64,000 nucleotides of DNA from an uncultured Nitrospiraceae bacterium (GTDB lineage Bacteria > Nitrospirota > Nitrospiria > Nitrospirales > Nitrospiraceae), in NCBI GenBank assembly GCA_963730935.1, contig CAVSTP010000004.1:1-64000 (forward strand). Direction: 5' to 3'. The notes beneath the pieces are model-generated. The model was not told the DNA's origin and made no database searches. It saw nothing but the letters and a program-made list of their open reading frames with translations. A program made the translations under genes and the position numbers. Below, piece after piece: positions 28,777 to 38,581 of this stretch. Each line of letters opens with the position of its first letter. Within the stretch, counting starts at the first letter, position 1.

Positions 28777-30567
28777 TCAGAATAAATTGATCACAATCCC
28801 TAGATGCACACCATGATCCTGTAACGTATTCCCCTGTTTTGGCACATCCTTTATTTTGTATCCCCAATACACTTCAAAGACCGCTCGATCCTTGGGCAAG
28901 ATATTCCAACGAAGCCCCGTACCGACACTGGCGAGAGTGTCGGGGAGATTAGGGTTTGGCGTAACTGGCGAAGGACGGTTTTCGCCAAGGTTCCAGCCGT
29001 GCCCGACATCGACAAATGGCGCGAATTGAAACATCGGTTCGCCGCTGGCCCAGCGCCACAACGGGAAGCGAGTTTCGACTGAGAAGAGGAACACGTTATC
29101 TCGCAGCAATGTGACCTCGCGATAACCGCGGACGGTGTATCGTCCACCCACGGCAACTTGCTCGAGGGGAAACAGCGGGGAGTTCGTGAACTGCAGACCC
29201 ATACGTTGGAGGAGTTGCATGCCGAATAAGTTTTCACCAAACTGTTTAATGGCCTGCTGTTGACCCAACCAAGAAAAGAATTGCCCATCCGGCGTATCCG
29301 GGTTCGCATTGATCGTCGCCCCTAAGACGTTAAGACCGACGCTGAATCGAGAGCTTAACGCAAAGACAGTATCGATCGTGCGATGCGTCCAGTCTTGTGC
29401 AAAGCGGAGGGCCGAGACGGTCGCGGCGCCGTTCTGGAAGCCAGGGAAAATGTTGAACGTCATTTGCTGGGGGGTGCCATTAAATAGAAACGATTGAGTG
29501 AACAAGTGCTCGCCAATGACTGACAAGGCGACCTCGTCCGTCACAGTTTTATAGATCGGGTGTCGGAGACTCATGCCAATGATTTCGGTATTCGTCTTGA
29601 TGTTGAGTGGAGTGAACGGTTCCTCGATCAACTTGAAGTCATAGCGCCGATAGTAGGGCGAAAAGGTTGTGCCGTAACGATTGAATGGCAGCGCATAGGA
29701 GGCATCCACAATCGGAAACGCACCGCTGGACATTCCGTAGCTGAGGCTCAGAGGGTCTCCGTTGCCGGTCAGGTTGTCGTCGACCAGTGTGCCGACCCCT
29801 TTGAACTCACCGACCAACGGCGTCTGATAGTTGTTCACTTCCATGATGGCATGAAACGGCTGCTTATCTTGGACACGGACATTCAGCTCGCTTTGGCCAG
29901 GTGCGTCGCCGGGTTTAAGCTCGGCATTGATCCGCTCGATCCGCCGATCTTGCTGGAGGATTTGCAGCTGGTCCTGCAACGGTTCCATCCTCACAGGCGT
30001 TTCGCTGCCAAGTTCAATCCGATCATGGATGTACGACGACCTGAACCAGCGATTGCCTTCAACATGGATGTTGGTGAGCATGCCTTCAATAATGTGCACC
30101 GCCACGACGCCGGCCTGCACGTCTTGATCGGGGATGATCGCGCCGGATGTCAGGTAGCCCTTGTTGATGTAGAGCAACGTGAGCGCGAGTCGAAGACGTT
30201 CGAGGTCCTCCGTCGCGAGCGTCCGGTTCTTGTACGGGGCAGTGACTTGATTGATTTCAGCATCAGAAAACACCGTATTGCCCGTCACCATGATGTCACG
30301 AACAAACACCTGCACGCCGCCGGGCTTCTTCGGCGCTTCGCCTTCAGGAGGTAGTGGAACGATCGGCAGGACAGGACTGGGAGGAGGGTGGGGACGTTGA
30401 AACTCTTCCTTTAATGGTCCGGGCGGTTGGCCGGACCGTCCCGTCGGATCTATTTGCCCGAGGGCCGGTGATGTTGCCAGGCCGATCATGGCAAACCCCG
30501 CAAGTACCCACGAGACAGAAGACGGAACACGACCTGCCGGCGCTGGACCACCAACGCGATGGGTCAT
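28777..30567 (-). CDS. TpsB (ShlB/FhaC/HecB) two-partner secretion outer-membrane transporter
   Basis: POTRA motif GNTVFS...YINKGYLTSGA, VGGRYTVRGY, beta-barrel, C-terminal Phe. Confidence 0.92.
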   Translation of the reverse strand: MTHRVGGPAPAGRVPSSVSWVLAGFAMIGLATSPALGQIDPTGRSGQPPGPLKEEFQRPHPPPSPVLPIVPLPPEGEAPKKPGGVQVFVRDIMVTGNTVFSDAEINQVTAPYKNRTLATEDLERLRLALTLLYINKGYLTSGAIIPDQDVQAGVVAVHIIEGMLTNIHVEGNRWFRSSYIHDRIELGSETPVRMEPLQDQLQILQQDRRIERINAELKPGDAPGQSELNVRVQDKQPFHAIMEVNNYQTPLVGEFKGVGTLVDDNLTGNGDPLSLSYGMSSGAFPIVDASYALPFNRYGTTFSPYYRRYDFKLIEEPFTPLNIKTNTEIIGMSLRHPIYKTVTDEVALSVIGEHLFTQSFLFNGTPQQMTFNIFPGFQNGAATVSALRFAQDWTHRTIDTVFALSSRFSVGLNVLGATINANPDTPDGQFFSWLGQQQAIKQFGENLFGMQLLQRMGLQFTNSPLFPLEQVAVGGRYTVRGYREVTLLRDNVFLFSVETRFPLWRWASGEPMFQFAPFVDVGHGWNLGENRPSPVTPNPNLPDTLASVGTGLRWNILPKDRAVFEVYWGYKIKDVPKQGNTLQDHGVHLGIVINLF

Positions 30568-30911
30568 GATGCGCAGTCTGTCGATACCGCGAAGCTCTGG
30601 GTCAGAAAACCGACCGGAGCGACCTTCCGCAGCGAGAGAATAGGAATTTCTTCCGCCGTTTCGCTCGGCGTTCTGTTAAGGCCCGCCTCTTTGACTGTGC
30701 CGTCTTCAGATTCAGACATGCTCAATGCCAATGGAGTCGAAACCCACCCGCCTGGTTCGGCAGGTAAGGCGTCTCGCCCAGCCACTGTAAAGCTGCTGAT
30801 ATTGCCACCGGCTAATGCTGCGCAGCGTTGACCCAGTAAGTGAATGGCTGCTAATAGCGGCTTCTGCCCGAGAGGGACGATCTTGCCGCTCTGTGAAGCC
30901 TGCTGCCCCAT
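30564..30911 (-). pseudogene. Orphan C-terminal fragment of TpsA
   Basis: SGKIVPLGQKPLLA...QRCAALAGGNISSFTVAGRDALPAEPGGWVSTP nearly identical to the end of 32337..33773; DNA repeat 30585..30891 versus 32361..32664. Confidence 0.8.
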
Positions 30912-31104
30912 CTGTTGAAAAATAGTGTCTCAACGAGTTGTGAGTAAAGATCTGCACTAGAGCAACAGGACAGTTTGCGAGTTCCTGCGAGACGTCGCCA
31001 TCTGGTATCCTTTATAGCCGCATTGAATAGGGCTTCATGAAAAATAAACGGCTATTTGTAAGGTCCTCCACATCGGAAGTGATAGCCTCGATTCCGTTGA
31101 TCAC

Positions 31105-32241
31105 TCATGATTCCCTATCAATCGTGGACAGGTCAGGTTCTTCATGAAGAGCCGCACGATGTCGCTGGCTTGATTCGTATACAGAACTCCTGCCTCGGTT
31201 CATGTTACCGATAGGCTCATGCTCCTTCAGCGCATGCCACGGTGTGAAGCGAAGGCTCTCACAACCTTGTGTTTGCTTGAGTCTCTGCGGTGGGAAGCGA
31301 ATCTGTGCAACCGTTACAAACGGCGTATCCTCTTCTTCCCATTCGGTTAAGGCATCCTCGGTGGGTTGTTTCTCCTCATCCAGTTGGAACTGAACTCTAA
31401 AATTAAAGCAAATCGGGTTCGCAAAAGAGAACCTGCGTAGGTCTTCTGTCAGACGATTGTCACCACGCCGTACGGGGTTCGGATTCGGATTCCTAGTGCA
31501 CGGCTGCGCAGTATATTTTATTGGTTTCTCACCAAGATTGATGGGGGCGTCGCTCCAATATTGGTCGTTGACGAGGCTATCGACGTTTCGAAACAGCAGG
31601 CCAAATAGAAGGATTTTCATTGATCGCAATTTCTTTGTCAGAAACCAGGCTGAACTTGTCATGCTGTCTTGCGTTTTCCCAAATTTCATGAAGTCTTGAG
31701 CGGTAGAAGCTAACTGAGTGGGGTTATTTGTCATTAAGAAGTCTTGAGTGTGCTGCTCAGGATGTGAGTCGGCCTCTTGAGGTGAAACTCGTTTACCCTC
31801 AACCTCAAGAACCTTAACAGCTAGCCCACGAACGTCGGACCAGGCGTCTGCCTGTATAAAACCGACGCCATTCGAAAACCTTGCCAGGATGTCGTATTCA
31901 TGTTCTTTTGCGAAAATTCCAAAAAGAGTATCGCCAGGATCGATTTCAAACTTGCGCTCTATGTGGCGTTCAGACAACGGTAAAACAACAAGCTTTCCCT
32001 TCAAACACCCATGTGATTTGGCATGAAATCCTCGGAGGACAACATTCTGAGGCTTGGTAGCGAGCAGAGAGTCCTGGATGACATTGATCTCTTGAGCTAG
32101 CTGAGGAAACACTCTTTCTTCTTCAGACTGTGACGTGTCGCGTGCCAAAGACGCTTGGCTGTTACAGGATAACAATGGCAATGACGAAGCAATCAAATGC
32201 AGAGCCATTTTCGTCTTTGCACTGTAGGATGAGATTCTCAT
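31105..32241 (-). CDS. Catalase-related heme protein (small catalase / allene oxide synthase-like), probable lipoprotein
   Basis: RGFHAKSHG (distal His), RFSNG, RGLAVKV, DFLMTNN, NRGRSSVY (proximal Tyr); LLSC lipobox-like. Confidence 0.82.
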   Translation of the reverse strand: MRISSYSAKTKMALHLIASSLPLLSCNSQASLARDTSQSEEERVFPQLAQEINVIQDSLLATKPQNVVLRGFHAKSHGCLKGKLVVLPLSERHIERKFEIDPGDTLFGIFAKEHEYDILARFSNGVGFIQADAWSDVRGLAVKVLEVEGKRVSPQEADSHPEQHTQDFLMTNNPTQLASTAQDFMKFGKTQDSMTSSAWFLTKKLRSMKILLFGLLFRNVDSLVNDQYWSDAPINLGEKPIKYTAQPCTRNPNPNPVRRGDNRLTEDLRRFSFANPICFNFRVQFQLDEEKQPTEDALTEWEEEDTPFVTVAQIRFPPQRLKQTQGCESLRFTPWHALKEHEPIGNMNRGRSSVYESSQRHRAALHEEPDLSTIDRES

Positions 32242-32336
32242 TTACAAACCATTGATAAGTAAGCAGGCATTAACACACTTTGATCGGAATTGAATAACAG
32301 AGAGGATTCATTTCAGAGCTCTTGAGAAGCTATCCC

Positions 32337-35300
32337 TTATGACTGACAATCTGAGGAATCTACCGCGAAGCTCTGGGTCAAGAATCCAGGCGGCGCGATC
32401 TTCCGGAGTGAGAGCACTGGAATTTCTTCCGCCACCTCACTCGACGTTCTGTTAAGGCTCGCCTCATTGACTGTGCCGTCGTCAGATTCAGACATGCTCA
32501 AGGCCAATGGAGTCGAAACCCAGCCGCCTGGTTCTGCGGGTAAGGCGTCTCGTCCAGCCACTGTAAAGCTGCTGATATTGCCACCGGCTAATGCTGCGCA
32601 CCGTTGGCCCAAAAGTGTGGTTGCTAATAGCGGCTTCTGCCCGAGAGGGACGATCTTGCCGCTCGCTGGGGAAATGGGCGATTGGATCACGATGTTGCCT
32701 TGCTGTCCAAATTGCGACGAGGCCGAGATGATACTGGTCGAATCTTGTAATAACAGATTCGTCGTGATCGAGATGTTACCGCCGGCTCCCTGTACTGCCC
32801 GGGTGATGATCTGGCTGTTCTGTAAAACGACGGCATTGGGGTCAATCGTAATGTTTCCGCCGCCGCCAGCACCGCCAATAACAGAGGTGCTCACTGTGCT
32901 GTTGCCTAACTGAACCATATCCACAGCACGGATCTCGATATTCCCTCCGTGGGCTTTAGCAGCTTCGCTCGTTATCGAACTGTCTTGCATACTTAGCTGT
33001 GGACCGGCATCGACGAAGATGTTGCCGGCATTGCCGGGTCCTGTGCTGCTGGCTGAGACGATGGCTCCATTCGTCAACGTGACAGTTTGGCCGGCTGTGA
33101 TATTGATGTTGCCGCCGTTCGCTTGCGACGCCGTGCTGCTCACCGTACCAGCGTTGCTGCTAAAAGTATTTCCAGCATTAATGTTGACCGAACCACCGAC
33201 TCCGGCACCGGTGGTTGCTGCCGTGATCAGGCCGCCGCTGTTGACTTGAACTTCATTTGCATCAACTGTGATCGTGCCGCCAGTGGCTGATGGCGCAATG
33301 CCGGAGGTGGCAGCTGAAAGCGTCCCGCCGTTCTGAAGCGTAAGAGTGTTGGCTAAAATGTTTATATTTCCGCCCGCGCCGGTGCCTACCGTGCTGGTGA
33401 AAACACCGCTGTCTTTGCCATCGATCAGGACTGATTGAGCTGGGCTTGATAGGCCTTGGATAGTCACGGATCCTGCAGGACCTTCAGGCGGGGGCCCGCC
33501 AGGTAATCCAGTGTTAACATCAATTCCTTGTCTGCTACTGCTTGAGATTCTTCCTCCGTTAATCAGCTGAAGAGAGTCTGCGGCTATGCTCAGCGGTCCA
33601 GCAGCGCCCGTGCTTACTGTGTCGGTTGAAATAGAACTGCCATCAGTGACGAGAATGTCATGGGCTCTGACGTTCAGACCTGCAGAGGAAGCCGCTCCAA
33701 CCGATGATGCGTGGATAATAGAGACTGGACCAAGAGAGCCGCCACCGAGATTGAGGCTCCCTGCGAGGGTCACTGTACGTCCCCGGCTGGCAGCGTGCTA
33801 AGGTTGATCACCTCGATGTTACCGCCATTCATCTGAAGGTTGTTTGCATTAATCCGAACCTCTCCACTGCCTCCCGCTCGCGGAACTCGCAGGCCTGCCG
33901 CATTCAGAGGTGGCTGCAGGTACGTGAAAAATCCAGAGTCCGCAATAATAATATTCCCGGCTGGAGCACTTGCGCTGATCGTGCCGACCGTGCCAGGGCT
34001 CTCAACTATTTGAGAAGTAACCTGCGTTTGATTGGTAAGAGCGATATTCCCATGTGCACTGGTCAGTTCAATGTTCCCAGCATCTCCGGCGGGGCGTACA
34101 ACGGTTCCTCCTTCTCCCATAGTGAATTGTGCAGCGGACTGGATAATTGCAACTTCAGTCTCAATATTCTGATTTGCGGCTATCTTGATATTACTCGCGT
34201 TGCCAGCACCATTTGTCAAAGATTGTATTTGCACAGCATCTTTCACCAAAATGGAATTACCTTCCAATGTGATATTGCCGCTGTTGCCACCCGTGCTACC
34301 TGGCGCAACATTAGTCTGGATGTTAGTTATCACGAAATTCCCTGTCTCAAAGTCCGCTACACCCCGAACTTCTAGATGATCAGCCTTGACGTGGACACCG
34401 CCGTATTGAACTCCGGGAGTGGCATTTCCAACCACGGAGGCATCGATCAGCGCGCCGTTCTGGATCACCGCATTCTGGCTCATTTGAATGTCGATGCCGG
34501 ATCCAATCGTTTCTGCTCCATTGATGACAGGACCGGGACCGGTGACGTTGGTCGAGATCGCGGAGTTGTCGATTAGCAACTGGCTGCCTCGAATGAGCAC
34601 TGTCCCTCCACCGTTGCCGCTGGCATCGACGACCGATTGTTCGGAAATCTGAACGGCCCCGAGATTACCGAACGATTGGCCGTTGATATTCGGCGCCTGA
34701 TTCAAGGTCCCTGCCAAAATTTCTCCTGGTGACGCAACGCTCGCCAGATTGATCTGGCCGCCCGATGCCGAAAGTTTCGCCGATTGAGGGGTGCCACCGT
34801 CTGGCGTGCCGGACTGAATTGTGATGTTCCCGCCAACAAGCGAGATGCTCTGTCCTGGTGTAACGGACAATTGGCTTCCTTGAACGGTGATGGCTCCAGG
34901 ATTTGATCCTAAAAAGCCATATGCGGCGACGGGGGCGGTGCTTAGGAGGCATCTGTCGCTTGATTAGGTATGGCATTGAACGATTTTCCGTCTGCCAATC
35001 GCAAATAATCTGCACTGCTGAAGGAAACCATCCCTCCGACATTTACCGTGGCGTTTGGCCCGAACAAGAATCCGGCAGGATTCATCAGGAAGAGGTTTGC
35101 GGTCCCGAAGCCTGTTGTTTGAATGATGCCAAAGATGTTCGAGATATTGCCTCCGGTGATGCGCCCAAGGATGTTTGACGTGGGCAGGCCGGAGTTATTA
35201 AGAAAGTTTGCGACATTGTTGTTTTGAACATTGAAGTCACCGAAGCTGTGAAAAAGATTGGTCCCGCCGCCCGGTCGCGTCCCGCCAGTAATGTTGTATT

Positions 35301-35480
35301 GCGTCTGTCCGCTCGGAAGTGTGACCGGTGACTGACCTGTGTGTTCAATCCAGAGGGAGTGATCGGAGCGGCGGCCAACGCCTGTTGGCTTCTCGGCGGA
35401 GAATAAACGCTCACCCAGACAAGTTGAGTGATCAGAGAGAGGAGCAGAGTCGGAATGTAAAAGAAAATTGTCCGCCTCAT
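32337..35480 (-). CDS. TpsA filamentous-hemagglutinin-like exoprotein, split by three -1 frameshifts (about 35329, 34948, 33776)
   Basis: Signal peptide; NLFHSFGDF and NLFLMNPAGFLFGPNA TPS secretion motifs; G/N-rich beta-helix repeats over four successive frames. Confidence 0.85.
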
Positions 35481-35600
35481 AATTCATCCTCCTTACACCC
35501 TAAAGAAGAAAACTCTCTCCTGACCCAAGATTTTGTCGAGCCACATACCGAATCGTACATGGCTCGACAGAACTAGGTGATGGCCTACCTCTCTATTCGT

Positions 35601-36054
35601 TTAAGGCGTCTGCCTAGCGAGGACTTCAATTTTGTTATCCTCGCTGGCACCGTAGCTAAGAAATTCTGCTTCGAATTTCAGTTGATCTTCGGGCTTTTGG
35701 AAGAACTTTAACTCATAGCTGTCTTTGTTACATTGTCCTGAAATTGAACGATCGATCAGTCGATCGATGCTATATGACCTAGGGGCAAGGGAAGGTGAAG
35801 AGGCATAAAATCCTGTGATCTCTAGCCGCTCACTGTCGATGAAAGCCTTGACCTGCAGAGTTAGGTAATCATCGGGATGATGGGGGGGACACTGGTACCA
35901 GGCGCAACCATTCTGGCCGGGACAAGAACAGCCCCACATTGTTTTGCAGGTAGCACACCCGCAGCACGTTGCATATGCCCTTTCCGGTAGGAAGACAGGC
36001 GCGCTTAGCAGTAGTAAGAACATGATTACGGGAACGAGTCTAAGAAGCGCGCAT
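35601..36054 (-). CDS. Secreted protein with Cys-rich N-terminus (+1 frameshift right after the start)
   Basis: GGAGG RBS + ATG at 36054, one base out of frame with 35601..36023; AYA cleavage site then TCCGCATCKTMWGCSCPGQNGCAWYQC. Confidence 0.6.
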
Positions 36055-36090
36055 TGCGTTACCCTCCTTGGCAGGCAAACAGGTTAAGTG

Positions 36091-36454
36091 CTACTTCAGA
36101 GCTTCAAGGGAAAACATACAGTTCAAGATACGGTCAGAGTGCTCGCTACCAATGAACAAGTAAGGCTCTCCAGCCATGGGATTTATTTGCTGTGCCGCAG
36201 CTTTAGCGGCGTTAACGAAAAAGCTATATGGCTTCTTATGATCCATGTCGGCCCCTCCCACATTCTCCGGAATGGTGCCAGTCACGAGGATTTTCGTGTC
36301 GTCAATGGGCTTAACGTCGGTAACCTTTATGCCATACCAGCATGGCGTATGGTTCTCAAACTTAGGCTCGTGTGGTGCTGGGCAAATTGTGCCGCCGCAC
36401 GCTGCCAACAGAGCTAAGAAACAGACCAGTCCAAGAACATCTCAACACAACCAT
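36091..36454 (-). CDS. Small lipoprotein (+1 frameshift in the signal peptide)
   Basis: AAGGAGGT RBS + ATG at 36454, one base out of frame with VLGLVCFLALLAAC lipobox. Confidence 0.6.
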
Positions 36455-36507
36455 ACTTTCACCTCCTTCGTTTGGGAGTTTGTAGCGCGCTCTTTTCAAT
36501 CCACACT

Positions 36508-38569
36508 TCAAGTGGATGCTTGCCTTGCATCCGTTAAAATCACCTCGCTTGCCTTCTCCGCGATCATGTATGTCGGCGTCACGATGAAAAATCCTGGGAT
36601 GTAGGGAAATATCGACGCATCGACCACGCGCAGGTTCGTCGTGCCGCGAACTTTGAAATTGTTATCCAGCACGGCCGTGGCATCGTCTGTTGCGCCGAGC
36701 TTGCATGAACACGATGCATGGTGTCCCCAGGCTTCGTTCATGATCCACTCGCGTAACGCCGGCATCCGTGACTTGAGGTCCCGGCCAGATCTCTTCCGCG
36801 TCACCGGCATCCAAACGGTTCATGATCTTCCGAATGAATGCGACTGCCTCGACCATGGCATCGAGGTCTTCTTGGCCTTTATTCGCATCGTTGCCTTCTT
36901 CGAAATATTTGAAATTAATCTGCGGCGTATCGCGTGGGTCGTTCGAGCGAAGCGTCACTTCGCCGCCGCTAGTTGCGGGTGTGCGCCTTTAAGACGAGCC
37001 AGGTGAAATGGTCCTTGATCGTGATGCTCTTCGTGTAGCCTTGTTCATAGCCTCGGAAGTCAGACGGGAGGCCGAAGATGAACAGGTCCGGGCTCTCATT
37101 GGCATTCTTGGCGATGGATGAGCGCTTCAGAATGGCGATGATCACGCCGTTGCTGGAGTACAAGAAGCCCTTGCCATCTCTCCGTTCATCCGGCGTCGCT
37201 TCCTTCCACTCCTTATAGACCGGATCTCTCTGCTCATCGGCTTCGAACTTTGCGTTGGCGAGCGTCGAGAGATTCTGCTTGAGCTTGTAGACAATTCCGA
37301 CTTCATACCGGTCCTGCAAGTTCTTGCCGACGCCGGGCAAGTCGATGTTGACCGGAATGCCGTGCCGTTGGAGTTCTTCCTTCGGACCGATTCCAGACAG
37401 CATCAAGAGTTGAGGCGTATTGAATGCCCCTCCCGAGATGATGACTTCTCTCTTGGCTCGAAAAGTTTTCTGTGATGCTGAGGCATCCACAGCCTTCGGG
37501 TCCGCTCGATAGAGATGGGCGCCTTCACGGCATTCCACGCCGACGGCTTGCAACTGCTCGCTATTTGCAGCCGCTTCTTTTTGCAACAAGACTTTCGTGA
37601 CCAAGACGTTCGTTTTGACGATTAACTGGTTAGGACAGACCTGTTGGACTGTTCGGATACGATCCCGCACGCTTGCCCGCTTGCCGCCATTGGTAGCGAC
37701 TGGTGTGAGATACAAACCTTCCGGACGGTGTTTCACGGAATCCATGTGATTGATGTCTTCTTTCAACGCGGCACTGACGAGCTTGGGAATGGCGCGGCGA
37801 ATAAAGGCTTCGGTGGGGGAGCCCGGGAGATCTTCCAGAGTGGTGAGCGCGACAGCAGCGAGGATTCGTTGGAGTTGCGGATCTCTTGCGATAAATTCCT
37901 TCAGCGTTTTGTCCTTGGGCCGTTCGGTGGTGAGCCATCCGTTGAACCCGTGCTCGCCTCCCGACAAAAGGTCCCATGCTCTGGAGGCGTATTGGCATCG
38001 CTCGACCCGTTGAAAATACTTGCGCATCTTTTCTGCCGACCACGAATTGTCCCCGGTGAGTTGGGCGATGCGGTCCCAATCGCTTTCATGCCCGTAGACG
38101 GTGATCATGGCATTGTGCGCCGTGCAGCCTCCCAACGTGCCGGCTCTCGGATACCAGATGCACTCCATCCTTGTTTCGCTTCGTATCCTTACTTTGACGA
38201 CCGTCGTTTGCGTAATGCCGGACGAAATAGTTCCATTGCAGGTCTGGGTCTTCTGTAGAGAGCGGATGGAAGGCGGGAACCGAGTAATGGGCATTTTCAG
38301 TCTCGCCACCGGCTTCAAGGAGAAGTACCTTGTAGCCAGCGAGCGCCAAATTTGCGGCGACAGGCCCGCCTCCGGCGCCAGACCCCACGACGATATAATC
38401 AAACTCCGTATCCGGTAGAGATCCCGCTGCGGCACAATGACTGGCGTCGGGGAGTTTCGACGAAGGAACTCAGCAGCGAACAGCCGCCAAGCGATACGAC
38501 TATTCCCGTGGCGGCGGCTACCTTAAGAAAGCTTCGTCGGCTCAGTGGTGTCATCGGATCATCCATCAT
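36508..38569 (-). CDS. Tat-exported GMC (glucose-methanol-choline) oxidoreductase, split by four +1 frameshifts (about 38465, 38160, 36970, 36760)
   Basis: SRRSFLK Tat motif, FDYIVVGSGAGGG, YPRAGTLGGCTAHNAMI, GGAFNTPQLLMLSGIGP, VGKNLQDR, WGHHASCSC, LRVVDASIFP. Confidence 0.85.
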
Positions 38570-38581
38570 GATTGATGTCGC

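Noticed and set aside
28323..28867. Several short ORFs between the CHAT and tpsB genes
   Set aside because: They lie within the composite repeat and have no protein-like features.
33770..38470. Programmed ribosomal frameshifting or phase variation as the cause of the split genes
   Set aside because: Shifts are numerous, in mixed directions, and not at slippery heptamers or long homopolymer/SSR tracts.
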